From: Planctomycetota bacterium
Lineage (GTDB): Bacteria; Planctomycetota; GCA-002687715; DRQF01
Assembly: GCA_036479435.1 (NCBI GenBank)
Contig: JAZGFI010000262.1
Location: forward strand, 1-51,654
Direction: 5' to 3'
DNA length: 51,654 nucleotides
Each line of letters opens with the position of its first letter. Positions within the stretch are counted from its first letter, which is position 1. Made by a program: the position numbers and the translations under genes. Of this stretch, positions 30,536 to 39,976 are shown piece after piece. A model generated the notes under the pieces. It ran no database searches. It worked only from the letters and a program-made list of their open reading frames with translations, and was not told the origin of the DNA.

Positions 30536-31840
30536 ATTCGCCTGTGCGGCTGCGTCGAGCGCCTCGCGTCCCCAAGCCACAATCCTTGATGCGACCTGGC
30601 GAAAAGGCAGACCTTTTTCTCGGGCCACGCGCGCCGCGTCTTCGTACTCGGCTTCGACCTGAAGAATGCGGCCGCCTCGTGAGCCGACCTTAAGGCGAAG
30701 CTCTCCCCAGGGTGTCGGAATCGGCAAGATCTCACGCGTCAAGACCACCCGATCCACCTGCCGCACTCGAATCCCGAAGGTCGAACTCTCCGAAAACAGG
30801 ACCTCCTCCAAACGGTCTCGATCATCGGGTTTGAGGACCACGGTAATGAGCTGTCCTGGTCGATCCTTCTTCATCTGCACCGGCTGCACCAGCACATCGA
30901 GCGCACCCTCTTCTTCAAGCCGAGACCTCAGAAAGCCCAGCGCTTCTCCGGTCATATCGTCGACTTGTGTTTCCAACACCGTTACGCGATCCACCGCCGC
31001 CAAGCCTGAAATAGTCGCCTCGCGCTCGTAAAGCGTGGTCCTCAAGACGTTGGGCGGATCGCCACGATCCGTACTGCCCGCACCGTAGCCCACGCCCAGC
31101 ACCGAGTACTCGAACCTCGGCGAAAATTCTTCAACCAGCACTTTCAAGATCGCCGCGCCGGTCGGCGTCACAAGTTCACGTTGGACCCCGCTGCGCACGA
31201 GCGGCATGCCCCTTAGGATCTCCGCTGTAGCCGGTACCGGAATGGGAAGATGGCCGTGCGCCATCCGCGTCCGCCCTTCCCCGACCGACACTGAGGATGA
31301 AACGACCTCGTCGATATCCAAAAGCTCAATCGCCAAAGCAGCGCCACAGATGTCCACAATCGAATCGACGGCGCCGACCTCGTGGAAATGCACATCCTCG
31401 GGCGCATGGCCATGGACGCGGCCCTCAGCTTGCGCCAAACAGGCGAAGATCCGCTGCGCGCGATCTTTGGTGGCAGAACTGAACTCACTCTCTTCGATCA
31501 GCGTTCTAATATCGCGATAGCCAAGGCCATGCGCGTGTTCGCCATGGTGGTGGCCACTCTGGCCTTGGCCGTGATCGTGGTGAGCATGGCTTTGGTGATC
31601 TTCACCGAGGCCTTCGATCCGCTCGACGCCATCATCATGGGTCTTGACGATGACGTCAAACTTGAGGGCGCGGAGAGCGCCGCGGTGGACCGTCTTCGTT
31701 TCGAGACGAAACTCCCCGGCTGACAAAGACTCAAGGCCACGACGCAAATCCTCGATCGACAGCCCGAGGTCGATCAAGGACGCCAAGAACATGTCTCCGG
31801 CAATCCCGCTGGCGGGATCAAGAAAAAGGCCTCGGGTCAT
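30512..31840 (-). CDS. larC: Nickel pincer cofactor biosynthesis nickel chelatase LarC
   Basis: GIAGDM, His-rich insert, VHFHEVGAVDSIVD, PVPAT, TPTGAA, GYGAG, MKKDRPG. Confidence 0.93.
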   Translation of the reverse strand: MTRGLFLDPASGIAGDMFLASLIDLGLSIEDLRRGLESLSAGEFRLETKTVHRGALRALKFDVIVKTHDDGVERIEGLGEDHQSHAHHDHGQGQSGHHHGEHAHGLGYRDIRTLIEESEFSSATKDRAQRIFACLAQAEGRVHGHAPEDVHFHEVGAVDSIVDICGAALAIELLDIDEVVSSSVSVGEGRTRMAHGHLPIPVPATAEILRGMPLVRSGVQRELVTPTGAAILKVLVEEFSPRFEYSVLGVGYGAGSTDRGDPPNVLRTTLYEREATISGLAAVDRVTVLETQVDDMTGEALGFLRSRLEEEGALDVLVQPVQMKKDRPGQLITVVLKPDDRDRLEEVLFSESSTFGIRVRQVDRVVLTREILPIPTPWGELRLKVGSRGGRILQVEAEYEDAARVAREKGLPFRQVASRIVAWGREALDAAAQANSIKQDER

Positions 31841-33174
31841 TAGACTCCGCTCAGCATCTTCACCAGCTCAACTTTCTTCGCTTCTAAGGTCGCGACGTCA
31901 TCCGCTTCGAGGTTGAGGCGAAGTTTGGGCTCTGTATTGCTCTTGCGGACATTGAACCACCAGGTGTCGTACTCCACCGTGACGCCGTCCAGATCGTTGA
32001 TCCGGCCATCGGCGTAGCGCTCCCTAATCTTCGCGATCATCCCGTCTTTGTCTTCAACGTCAAAGTTGATCTCGCCGGTGGCCGGGTAGCGGTCGAGAGG
32101 CGCAATGAGTTCGGAGAGCTTTTTGTTCTCGCGCGTCATGATGTCGAGGACGATCAGCATCGCGATTGCCGCGTTGTCTGAAGTAAAGTTCTTCTCGAAA
32201 TAGTAATGGCCTGACAACTCGCCGCCAAAACTGGCCTTGTTGGCGCGCATCGTCGCCTTGATGAAGCTGTGGCCGACACGCTCTTTGATCGGCTTACCGC
32301 CAGCTTTCTTCACTTCTTCCGCCACCACTCGACTCGACCGCAGATCGTAGACGACAGCCGTTTGGGGCTGGCGGCGCAACATCTCTATTGCGATCAGCGC
32401 GGTTAGAACATCGTTCGCCACGACTACGCCGCGCTCATCGACAAAGCGGCAACGATCCGAATCGCCATCGAAGGCTACGCCGACGTCAGCACCCGAGGCC
32501 CGAACCGACTTGATGACATCCTGGAGGTTTTTCTCTTCGAGAGGGTTGGCCTCGTGGTTGGGAAAAGTCCCGTCCAACTCAAAGAACAGGCACTCTGATT
32601 CAATATCGAGAGCCTTTAGAATCGGCGGCATCTCCAGACCCGCCATGCCGTTGCCTGCGTCCAAAACGCACTTCAACTTGATGGGCTCACCAACCCATTC
32701 CGTAACATGGCCGACATAACCTTCGGTGATGCTCCGCTCTTCGAGCGAACCTTGCTCACTGGCGGCCATCGGGGCCGGCTGAGGCTTTTCACAGGCTGTT
32801 TCTAAGACCTTGATGCCGCTTTCATAGCTGATTGGGACGCAGTCTTTGCGGCAAAACTTCATCCCGATGTACTCGCTCGGGTTGTGCGACGCGGTGATCT
32901 GAACCCCGCCGTTAACTCCCAAACTTCCGATTGCATAGTAGGTCATGGGAGTGGAGGCGAGGCCGATGTCAATAACGTCAGCGCCCTGCTCTCGCGCACC
33001 CTCAATGAACGCCGCAGCGATGCTCGGCGCGCAATCGCGCATGTCACGACCGACCACCAAGGGGCCGCCGCCGACTAAGTGTACAAAGGCCGCGCCGATC
33101 TTTTTGGCGAGCGCCTCATCGATCTGATCGCCGTAGATTCCGCGTACATCGTAGGCTTTGAAAACGGACATCAC
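31840..33174 (-). CDS. Phosphomannomutase/phosphoglucomutase
   Basis: FKAYDVRG, TASHNP, FDGDSDR, GELSGH, RKSNTEP. Confidence 0.95.
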   Translation of the reverse strand: MMSVFKAYDVRGIYGDQIDEALAKKIGAAFVHLVGGGPLVVGRDMRDCAPSIAAAFIEGAREQGADVIDIGLASTPMTYYAIGSLGVNGGVQITASHNPSEYIGMKFCRKDCVPISYESGIKVLETACEKPQPAPMAASEQGSLEERSITEGYVGHVTEWVGEPIKLKCVLDAGNGMAGLEMPPILKALDIESECLFFELDGTFPNHEANPLEEKNLQDVIKSVRASGADVGVAFDGDSDRCRFVDERGVVVANDVLTALIAIEMLRRQPQTAVVYDLRSSRVVAEEVKKAGGKPIKERVGHSFIKATMRANKASFGGELSGHYYFEKNFTSDNAAIAMLIVLDIMTRENKKLSELIAPLDRYPATGEINFDVEDKDGMIAKIRERYADGRINDLDGVTVEYDTWWFNVRKSNTEPKLRLNLEADDVATLEAKKVELVKMLSGV

Positions 33175-33186
33175 ATTCTCCTCAGG

Positions 33187-34215
33187 TCAGTTCTTAACTA
33201 GGGTCTCAAGCGCAGAAATAGCGCGCTCAACGTGTTCGTCGTCGATATCTAAGTGGCAGACCAAACGCAGCGAATCTTCATTCAGGGCGAGAGTCAACAC
33301 GCCCATCTTCTCGAATCCGTCTTGCAGCTCTTTGGCGCGGCCCGCTAGGCTGAAGTAGAGCATGTTCGTCTCGGGTGCGACAACCTCGATCCCGGGCAGT
33401 CGGCCAAAGGCTTCGGCCAAGCTCGCGGCGCGACGGTGATCATCGACGAGCCGCGCTCGCATGTCACGCAGAGCGACAAGGCCCGCTGCCGCGAGAATTC
33501 CCGCTTGCCGCATGCCGCCGCCAAATAGTTTGCGAACTCGCCGCGCTTCCTTGACGAAACTTTCGTCGCCAAGCAAAAGCGAACCCACCGGAGCACCCAG
33601 CCCCTTGGATAGGCAGCAAGAGACCGAATCGGCGGTCGCGGCCCACTTGTCGAGCGCAATGCCCGTCGCCGCTTCGGCGTTCACCAGGCGTGCGCCATCC
33701 AAGTGAACTTTCATGCCCTTGGAATCGGCAAATTCCCGACAGGAACGAAGGTACTCGAGCGGCAAGACGGCGCCGCCGGCACCGTTGTGAGTGTTCTCAA
33801 GGCAAAGTAACTTCGTGCGCGGCCAATGTTCATTGTCGCCACGCGTGGCCGCCTCAAGGTCTTTCAGGGCCATCATGCCCCGCCTGCCCGCAATCGTTTT
33901 TATTTGGATACCGGAGAGTTGAGCAAAGCCTGCTTGCTCCCACACAAGACAATGGGCACTCGCCTCAACCAAGGCTTCAGAATCGCGATCGGTGTGCAAG
34001 CGCGCTGCAATCTGGTTGGCCATCGTTCCAGAAGGCACAAACAGCGCGGATTTTTTACCGAAGAGCGACGCTGCAAAGACTTCCAATTCGAGGACCGTAG
34101 GATCGTCGCCAAAGACGTCGTCACCGAGCGGGGCCTTCTGCATGGCTTCATACATCGCCGCGCTGGGGCGCGTGACGGTATCACTGCGAAAATCGGCGAT
34201 CCCTTGAGAAGACAT
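33187..34215 (-). CDS. ltaE: Low-specificity L-threonine aldolase
   Basis: DFRSDTVT, SGTMAN, LENTHN, HLDGAR, SKGLGAPVGS. Confidence 0.93.
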   Translation of the reverse strand: MSSQGIADFRSDTVTRPSAAMYEAMQKAPLGDDVFGDDPTVLELEVFAASLFGKKSALFVPSGTMANQIAARLHTDRDSEALVEASAHCLVWEQAGFAQLSGIQIKTIAGRRGMMALKDLEAATRGDNEHWPRTKLLCLENTHNGAGGAVLPLEYLRSCREFADSKGMKVHLDGARLVNAEAATGIALDKWAATADSVSCCLSKGLGAPVGSLLLGDESFVKEARRVRKLFGGGMRQAGILAAAGLVALRDMRARLVDDHRRAASLAEAFGRLPGIEVVAPETNMLYFSLAGRAKELQDGFEKMGVLTLALNEDSLRLVCHLDIDDEHVERAISALETLVKN

Positions 34216-34399
34216 GGACAAGTTCCTTGGTTTCGGCTAGCAAGAATTCAGGTGCTTCGCCGGCGAGATCTATTCTCATGAGAGCTGAGAATCTGCGCGC
34301 GGCGAACTGTTAGGATCGCGCAACGCGACATTAGCCGTCGGCACGCGGACGATCAACCATCGCCCCTCAGCCACCGAAACTCCGCCTCGGAGCCCTAAA

Positions 34400-34795
34400 T
34401 TGTTTTTAACTGCTTGCCTGACCATCGAAACCGACGACGTCGAGGCGCTTGGGGCCTTTTACATCGAGACCCTCGGCTTCAAACAGCGCTTTAGGAAAGG
34501 CGACTGGCTCGAACTCGAAGTTGCCGGAACCCGTATCGCGCTGCGGGAACGACCGCTTGGGAGAAGTTCAGAAACGACGACCACTCCTCAGGGCGGAAAC
34601 GGCGCGCTTTTGGGTTTGCAATCAGAGTTGCCGTTAAGCGTTCTCGCCAAAAAACTCAAAGAGCGCGGCCTGACTTTAGAGAGCTGCCCCCATGTGGACG
34701 CCGAAGCTGGGGTTGAGCTGCTGTTCTTTCAAGACCCGCAAGGAAATCGCGGCTATTTTTGGCGTCTAAGTGACGGGATCCGCGATGCCTCGTGA
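34400..34795 (+). CDS. VOC/glyoxalase family protein
   Basis: FYIETLGF and FFQDPQGN motifs. Confidence 0.8.
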   Translation: MFLTACLTIETDDVEALGAFYIETLGFKQRFRKGDWLELEVAGTRIALRERPLGRSSETTTTPQGGNGALLGLQSELPLSVLAKKLKERGLTLESCPHVDAEAGVELLFFQDPQGNRGYFWRLSDGIRDAS

Positions 34796-36734
34796 AATCG
34801 TTTTGGGCAATGGCCTCGCCTTGGCGGCGTTCGATAGTTCGATGGCCCTTCGCGAACTTTATTTCCCCTACGTCGGACAAGTCAATCATAGCTTGGGTCG
34901 AGCCTCTCACCTTGGCATCGATTGGGAGGGCTGCGTCCGCTGGTTCGGCGACGACGAAACTTGGCGCATCGACTCGGAGCTGAGCCGAGATGGTCGCGAA
35001 GCGCGGGCCCACCTTAGCCACCCCAAGTTGCCATTTAGTCTCGACATGCAAATCACCTGGGCCGCAGAGAAAAGAGTCTTGCGACGCCGGCTTCGCTTCC
35101 ATTGGAAGCCCGGCAGCAACACCAAACTTCGAGGACGCCTGTTGGTGCACCACGACTTGGCGCTCGGCGAAGGCGACCTCAGCAACGAAGTGCGAGCCTA
35201 CCCGCGCGAAAAGGTGATCGTTCACCGCAAGCGGGAATACCTCGTGCAGATCGAAGGTCTTGACCCGGCAGGTCGAGGTTTTTCGGATTGGACCCTCGGA
35301 CGACGAGACGACTTTGAAGGCCAGGGAGTTCGCGCCGCGGCCGCCAAAACCGAAGGCCAACTCGGCCGCAACCCTTGCGCGGTTGGTGCCGGTGAATCAC
35401 TGATGGCCTGGGAGCTTGTTCCAGAAACTAACGCGCCCCAAACCTTCGACATCTACTTGACCGCGAGCGCGGACGGCACACGGCCTGCCGGAAAAGCAGC
35501 GGCGAGCGCCTTTGAGCCGAGGGAAGACGAAGCGGCGGCTTTTGTTTTTGCGACCCGCGACGACTGCGAACTGCCGCAAGCCTTACTGCAGATCGAATCA
35601 CAGTCGATCGGACAGTTGCTCGCGCACACCGACCGCGGCGGAGCGATGATCGCCGCCGCCGACACTTGGAATCTCGATCTTTCCTTCGAGAGTTATGCCT
35701 ACTGTTGGCCGCGCGACGGCGCCTTTATCGCCCGCGCTTTGGATGAGAGCGGCCATCGTGAAGTCGCCAGTAGTTTCTTTGGCTTCGCCCAGCGCATTGT
35801 CGAGCGCGAAGGCTGCTTTAGACAGCGCTACCATCCGGATGGTCATCTGGGGAGCAGCTGGCACGCCGAGCCCAAAGACGATGAAACGCACCTCCCAATT
35901 CAAAGCGACGAAGCAGCCCTGGTACTTTGGGCTTTTTGCCGACGAGAAAGAGGCCGCTCGGAGTCCGAACAAAGCGAGTTTGCGGAGCGCCTTGAAAGGC
36001 TTGCAACGCCCTTGGCTGAGTTTTTGTGTCGCTACCGTTGCGAAACAACGAAACTCCCCCTGCCCTCCTACGACTTGTGGGAAGAGCGCTTTGGGGTGCA
36101 CACTTTTAGTGTCGCTGCGACCGCCGCGGCCCTGCGTGCAGCTAGTGCACTTCCGGTGGATGCCGCCCACAAAGAACGCTGGGGAAGCGCCGCGGCCGAG
36201 ATTGAGGACAACTTGCCGCGTTATTTGTTCCACCGGGAACTGGGGCGATACGCGCGGCGGGCGGAAGTGACGCCGGAGGGTTATCACCTCGACATGACCG
36301 CTGATAGTTCCTTGGCGGGTCTGTTCCTGTTCAACGCCGTTGCCGCTCAAGACGAAAAAGTTACAGCGACGATGCAGTATTGTGAACGCGTTCTTGAAAT
36401 ACCCGGACCCGTCGGCGGCTGGGCTCGGTATGAGGGCGACCGATACGAGCGACAAGATAGCGATGACGTCGATCTCGCCGGCAACCCTTGGGTATTGACG
36501 AGCCTTTGGATGTGCGAGTGGCGAATCGCGCGCGCCCGAACTCTTGTCGAACTCGACCGAGCCCAAGAGATTCTAAGCTGGGTGGTGAAGCGAGCACGCC
36601 CCAGCGGCGCGCTCGCCGAACAGTTCGATCCAAGAACCGCTGAGCCAAGATCGGTCATGCCATTGTCCTGGAGCCACGCGGCTTTGGTTAGTGCGGTGTG
36701 CCACTACCGGCGGCGCCGAGGCGAACTCGGGTAG
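34785..36734 (+). CDS. Glycoside hydrolase family 15 (glucoamylase-like)
   Basis: YCWPRDG, DLWEE, LAEQFDP, PLSWSHA. Confidence 0.92.
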   Translation: MPREIVLGNGLALAAFDSSMALRELYFPYVGQVNHSLGRASHLGIDWEGCVRWFGDDETWRIDSELSRDGREARAHLSHPKLPFSLDMQITWAAEKRVLRRRLRFHWKPGSNTKLRGRLLVHHDLALGEGDLSNEVRAYPREKVIVHRKREYLVQIEGLDPAGRGFSDWTLGRRDDFEGQGVRAAAAKTEGQLGRNPCAVGAGESLMAWELVPETNAPQTFDIYLTASADGTRPAGKAAASAFEPREDEAAAFVFATRDDCELPQALLQIESQSIGQLLAHTDRGGAMIAAADTWNLDLSFESYAYCWPRDGAFIARALDESGHREVASSFFGFAQRIVEREGCFRQRYHPDGHLGSSWHAEPKDDETHLPIQSDEAALVLWAFCRRERGRSESEQSEFAERLERLATPLAEFLCRYRCETTKLPLPSYDLWEERFGVHTFSVAATAAALRAASALPVDAAHKERWGSAAAEIEDNLPRYLFHRELGRYARRAEVTPEGYHLDMTADSSLAGLFLFNAVAAQDEKVTATMQYCERVLEIPGPVGGWARYEGDRYERQDSDDVDLAGNPWVLTSLWMCEWRIARARTLVELDRAQEILSWVVKRARPSGALAEQFDPRTAEPRSVMPLSWSHAALVSAVCHYRRRRGELG

Positions 36735-36799
36735 AACGCCGAGCTAATGGCTCAACTTAAACTCGACGAGTCAATAGTCCGGCTGGTGGCTGCCGGGGC

Positions 36800-37393
36800 T
36801 TAGAAGAACTTCTTGAAGAGTCCAGTCGCGGCATCACCCAAGTCGAAGTCTCCGTCGCCGTCTTGGTCGAACATGCGACCCAGAAAACTTCCGGCTTGCG
36901 GATCTTTCTTGTCGATGGCCGCGCGCTCTTTCCCGAGCAGGCCAGATAGGCCCGACGCGTCAAAGCCGCCGGCTTTCTTTTGACGGCCGAGGCTGCCGAG
37001 CACGACCGGGCCGAGCATGCTCATCAACTGTCCCATGCCTTGCTGGCTAAGACCCACCGTCTGCCCCAAACCGCCTTCGATTTTCTCGCGCTGTTTTCCG
37101 AAAAGGTGTCCCGCGATGCCGTCGCCGTTGGCAGCCCGACCGCTTGCCTGGCCAGAGAAGTGTGATTGAAGGTTATCGAGAAGGCCGCCGTCGTGATCGC
37201 GGTCTAGGGCTTTTTCGAGACTGCGGGCCCCCTCCGGAGTCCGCGCGTTGCGCTGCATGGCGCCGATCATGGTCGGTAGAGCCGCACCGATAGCGTTGCG
37301 CGTGGTCGCGTCGTCAGCGCCAATGCGTTTCCCGATGGCGCCCATGGCTTGCTCGCCGATTTGGCTTTTGATCAGGTCGATGAGTGAAGACAT
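36800..37393 (-). CDS. DUF937 domain protein
   Basis: ALDRDHDGGLLD, GIAGHLFG, DQDGDG pattern. Confidence 0.85.
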   Translation of the reverse strand: MSSLIDLIKSQIGEQAMGAIGKRIGADDATTRNAIGAALPTMIGAMQRNARTPEGARSLEKALDRDHDGGLLDNLQSHFSGQASGRAANGDGIAGHLFGKQREKIEGGLGQTVGLSQQGMGQLMSMLGPVVLGSLGRQKKAGGFDASGLSGLLGKERAAIDKKDPQAGSFLGRMFDQDGDGDFDLGDAATGLFKKFF

Positions 37394-37625
37394 AACTGTT
37401 TCTCCGTTGGATGTACTGGGCAAGATGATGAAACACGGTCAAGCGGGCCACTATAACATCCAGCCGCGATCGACCGGGCGCTGCCCCAGAGCGCGAGAAT
37501 CGGACGTCACCGGTCAGAACTTGGCTCCGCTTTCGGCGGAGACTGATAGGATGAGTCCCGCAGGGTAAACCCCAGGCCATCTCTGGCGGGTCTTGCCAAT
37601 TGAGTCTAGACCGGGAGTGATTTCG

Positions 37626-38879
37626 ATGCGTCGACGTGTTTTGGGAATGGTCATGGCGGGCGGCCGCGGCACACGTCTTTTTCCGCTTACTCGCGATCGG
37701 GCCAAGCCCGCAGTGCCTTTTGGTGGCCGCTATCGCATCGTCGATTTCGTGCTCTCGAACTTCGTGAACTCGGGCATCTACTCGATCTATGTACTGACGC
37801 AGTTTAAGTCCCAAAGCCTCATGGAGCACATCCACTCGACATGGGGTGGCGCGTCGATGCTGAACGACCACTTCATCATTCCCGTGCCCGCTCAAATGAT
37901 GACCGGTGACTCCTGGTACCAAGGCACGGGCGATGCCATTTTCCAAAACCTCAATCTCATTCGGGATTGCCGGCCGCACATTGTCGCGGTCTTCGGCGGC
38001 GATCACATCTACCGAATGGACATCAGTCAGATGATTTCCTTTCACAACGATGTCGATGCCGATGCCACGATCGCCGGAATCACGGTACCGATCGAAGAGG
38101 CACACCAATTTGGCGTCATGAAGGTCGAGACCGACGGACGGCTCCTTGAATTTCAAGAAAAACCGGAGAACCCCGCTCCCCTGCCGAGCGACCCGACGCG
38201 AGCCTTGGTTTCGATGGGCAACTATGTGTTCTCCGCGCGAGCGTTGACTCACGCCCTTGAGCGCGATGCCGTCGACAAGAGTAGCTCCCATGACTTTGGC
38301 AAAGACATCTTGCCTTGGATGTTAGCGAAGAAGCAAAATCTCTATTGCTACAAGTTCGAAACGAACTCCATTCCCGGTCAATCAGGTGCCAACACCTACT
38401 GGCGCGACGTCGGGACCTTGGACGCCTACTACGAAGCGACGATGGATCTGCGCAACGTCGTCCCCGACTTCGACCTCTACAATGGCCAGTGGCCCATCCG
38501 CACTGCCACCATGGATCTGCCACCGGCGAAATTCGTCCACGACGAAGAAAACCGAGTCGGCCACGCGGTGATGTCCATCGTGAGCGAAGGTTCCATCATC
38601 TCGGGGTCGAAGGTCAGCGGCTCGTTGATCGGAAGAAACGTCAGAGTCAACTCCTTTTGCGAAGTTGAAGATTCCATCTTGATGGACAACGTCGAGTTGG
38701 GCCGCCGCGTCAAGTTGCGCGGGGTCATCATCGACAAGAACGTGAAAGTCCCGGACGGCGAAGTAATAGGTTTCGATCGTGCGCGTGATGCGGAACGCTT
38801 CACCATTTCGGACCAAGGCATCGTCGTCATTCCCAAAAAGCCCCTGTTCGAGGGTCCCGTGGGAACTATTAATCTCTAA
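37626..38879 (+). CDS. glgC: Glucose-1-phosphate adenylyltransferase
   Basis: AGGRGTRL, RAKPAVPFGG, GDHIYRMD, SMGNY, DFGKD, YWRDVGT, beta-helix tail. Confidence 0.97.
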   Translation: MRRRVLGMVMAGGRGTRLFPLTRDRAKPAVPFGGRYRIVDFVLSNFVNSGIYSIYVLTQFKSQSLMEHIHSTWGGASMLNDHFIIPVPAQMMTGDSWYQGTGDAIFQNLNLIRDCRPHIVAVFGGDHIYRMDISQMISFHNDVDADATIAGITVPIEEAHQFGVMKVETDGRLLEFQEKPENPAPLPSDPTRALVSMGNYVFSARALTHALERDAVDKSSSHDFGKDILPWMLAKKQNLYCYKFETNSIPGQSGANTYWRDVGTLDAYYEATMDLRNVVPDFDLYNGQWPIRTATMDLPPAKFVHDEENRVGHAVMSIVSEGSIISGSKVSGSLIGRNVRVNSFCEVEDSILMDNVELGRRVKLRGVIIDKNVKVPDGEVIGFDRARDAERFTISDQGIVVIPKKPLFEGPVGTINL

Positions 38880-39976
38880 ATCACGCCTACTTTCGTCTCT
38901 TCCAGGATAAGGCGAATGACGTCTTTGGGGTCGTTCGTCTCCTTGAATCTGGCGAGCTGGCGTTGAGCAGAATTGCCGTTCACCAGCATATCTTCGATGA
39001 CCTCGACGTAATGCAAGGTGCCGAGTTGGCGCATATCATCTGCCAAAAACGCCAAGAGATCGCGGATAACGTCGACCGTGGGGATCTCTTTTTTCTTCTG
39101 AAAGTCGATCAATTTTCCTTCCAACCCGTAGCGCGCGGCGCGATAGACGTTCTCGTTAATGAGCGCCCTACGGTAGAGGCGGTAGCCGAGGTTCGCTTCG
39201 TACAGCATCAAGAGCTTGTGAACGATAGCTTGCAACAGCGAGACGATAGCTAGGGTCTCTTCGACTTTGGTCGGCGTGTCGCAAATCCGAAACTCGACGG
39301 TCGGAAAAAAGGGGTGCGGGCGGATATCCCAGTAGATCATCTTCGCATTGTCGATGCAGCCCGTCGTCACGAGCAGGTCAACGTAGCGCCGAAACTCGTC
39401 GTCGTTGTTGAAGTAGTCGGGTATCCCGGTGCGTGGAAAGCGCTTGAAAATGTGAGACCGCGTTGACATGTGGCCCGTCGGTTTTCCTTGCCAAAAGGGA
39501 CTCGACCCCGACAGAGCGAGCAAGTGAGGCAAGAAATAACGCGCGGCATTCATGACCTGGATACGAGCCTCGGGGTCGAGGATCTCAACGTGACAGTGCA
39601 TGCCGTAGATCAGATTCGCGCGGGCAATGTCTTGGAGGTTGTAGAGGATCTTGGCGTACCGTTCTCCTCCCGAGATCTTGACATCTTTCCAGTGGGTCGT
39701 GGGATGAGTACCCGCTGCCGCGAGGCCCAAACCATGTTCTTCGGCGAGCTCGATAACGGCGCGCCGGTGACGGGTCAGTTGTTCTTTGGCCTCGGCCACG
39801 TCGGCGCAAGGATCGGTCACGATTTCGACAACGGCCGTGTGAAACTCAGCCTTCATGTTGTCGGTGTGACGCGCGTCGGCAGCGGAGAGAAACTGTTCGG
39901 TGTGGTTCGAGAGTCCAAGGGTTTTGGGGTCGACGAGCATGTACTCCTCTTCGATCCCAATCTTTAGCTGCGACAT
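38876..39976 (-). CDS. YbdK/GCS2 family carboxylate-amine (gamma-glutamyl) ligase
   Basis: GIEEEY, GMHCHV, SSPFWQG, YWDIRPHP, TVEFRICD. Confidence 0.92.
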   Translation of the reverse strand: MSQLKIGIEEEYMLVDPKTLGLSNHTEQFLSAADARHTDNMKAEFHTAVVEIVTDPCADVAEAKEQLTRHRRAVIELAEEHGLGLAAAGTHPTTHWKDVKISGGERYAKILYNLQDIARANLIYGMHCHVEILDPEARIQVMNAARYFLPHLLALSGSSPFWQGKPTGHMSTRSHIFKRFPRTGIPDYFNNDDEFRRYVDLLVTTGCIDNAKMIYWDIRPHPFFPTVEFRICDTPTKVEETLAIVSLLQAIVHKLLMLYEANLGYRLYRRALINENVYRAARYGLEGKLIDFQKKKEIPTVDVIRDLLAFLADDMRQLGTLHYVEVIEDMLVNGNSAQRQLARFKETNDPKDVIRLILEETKVGVI

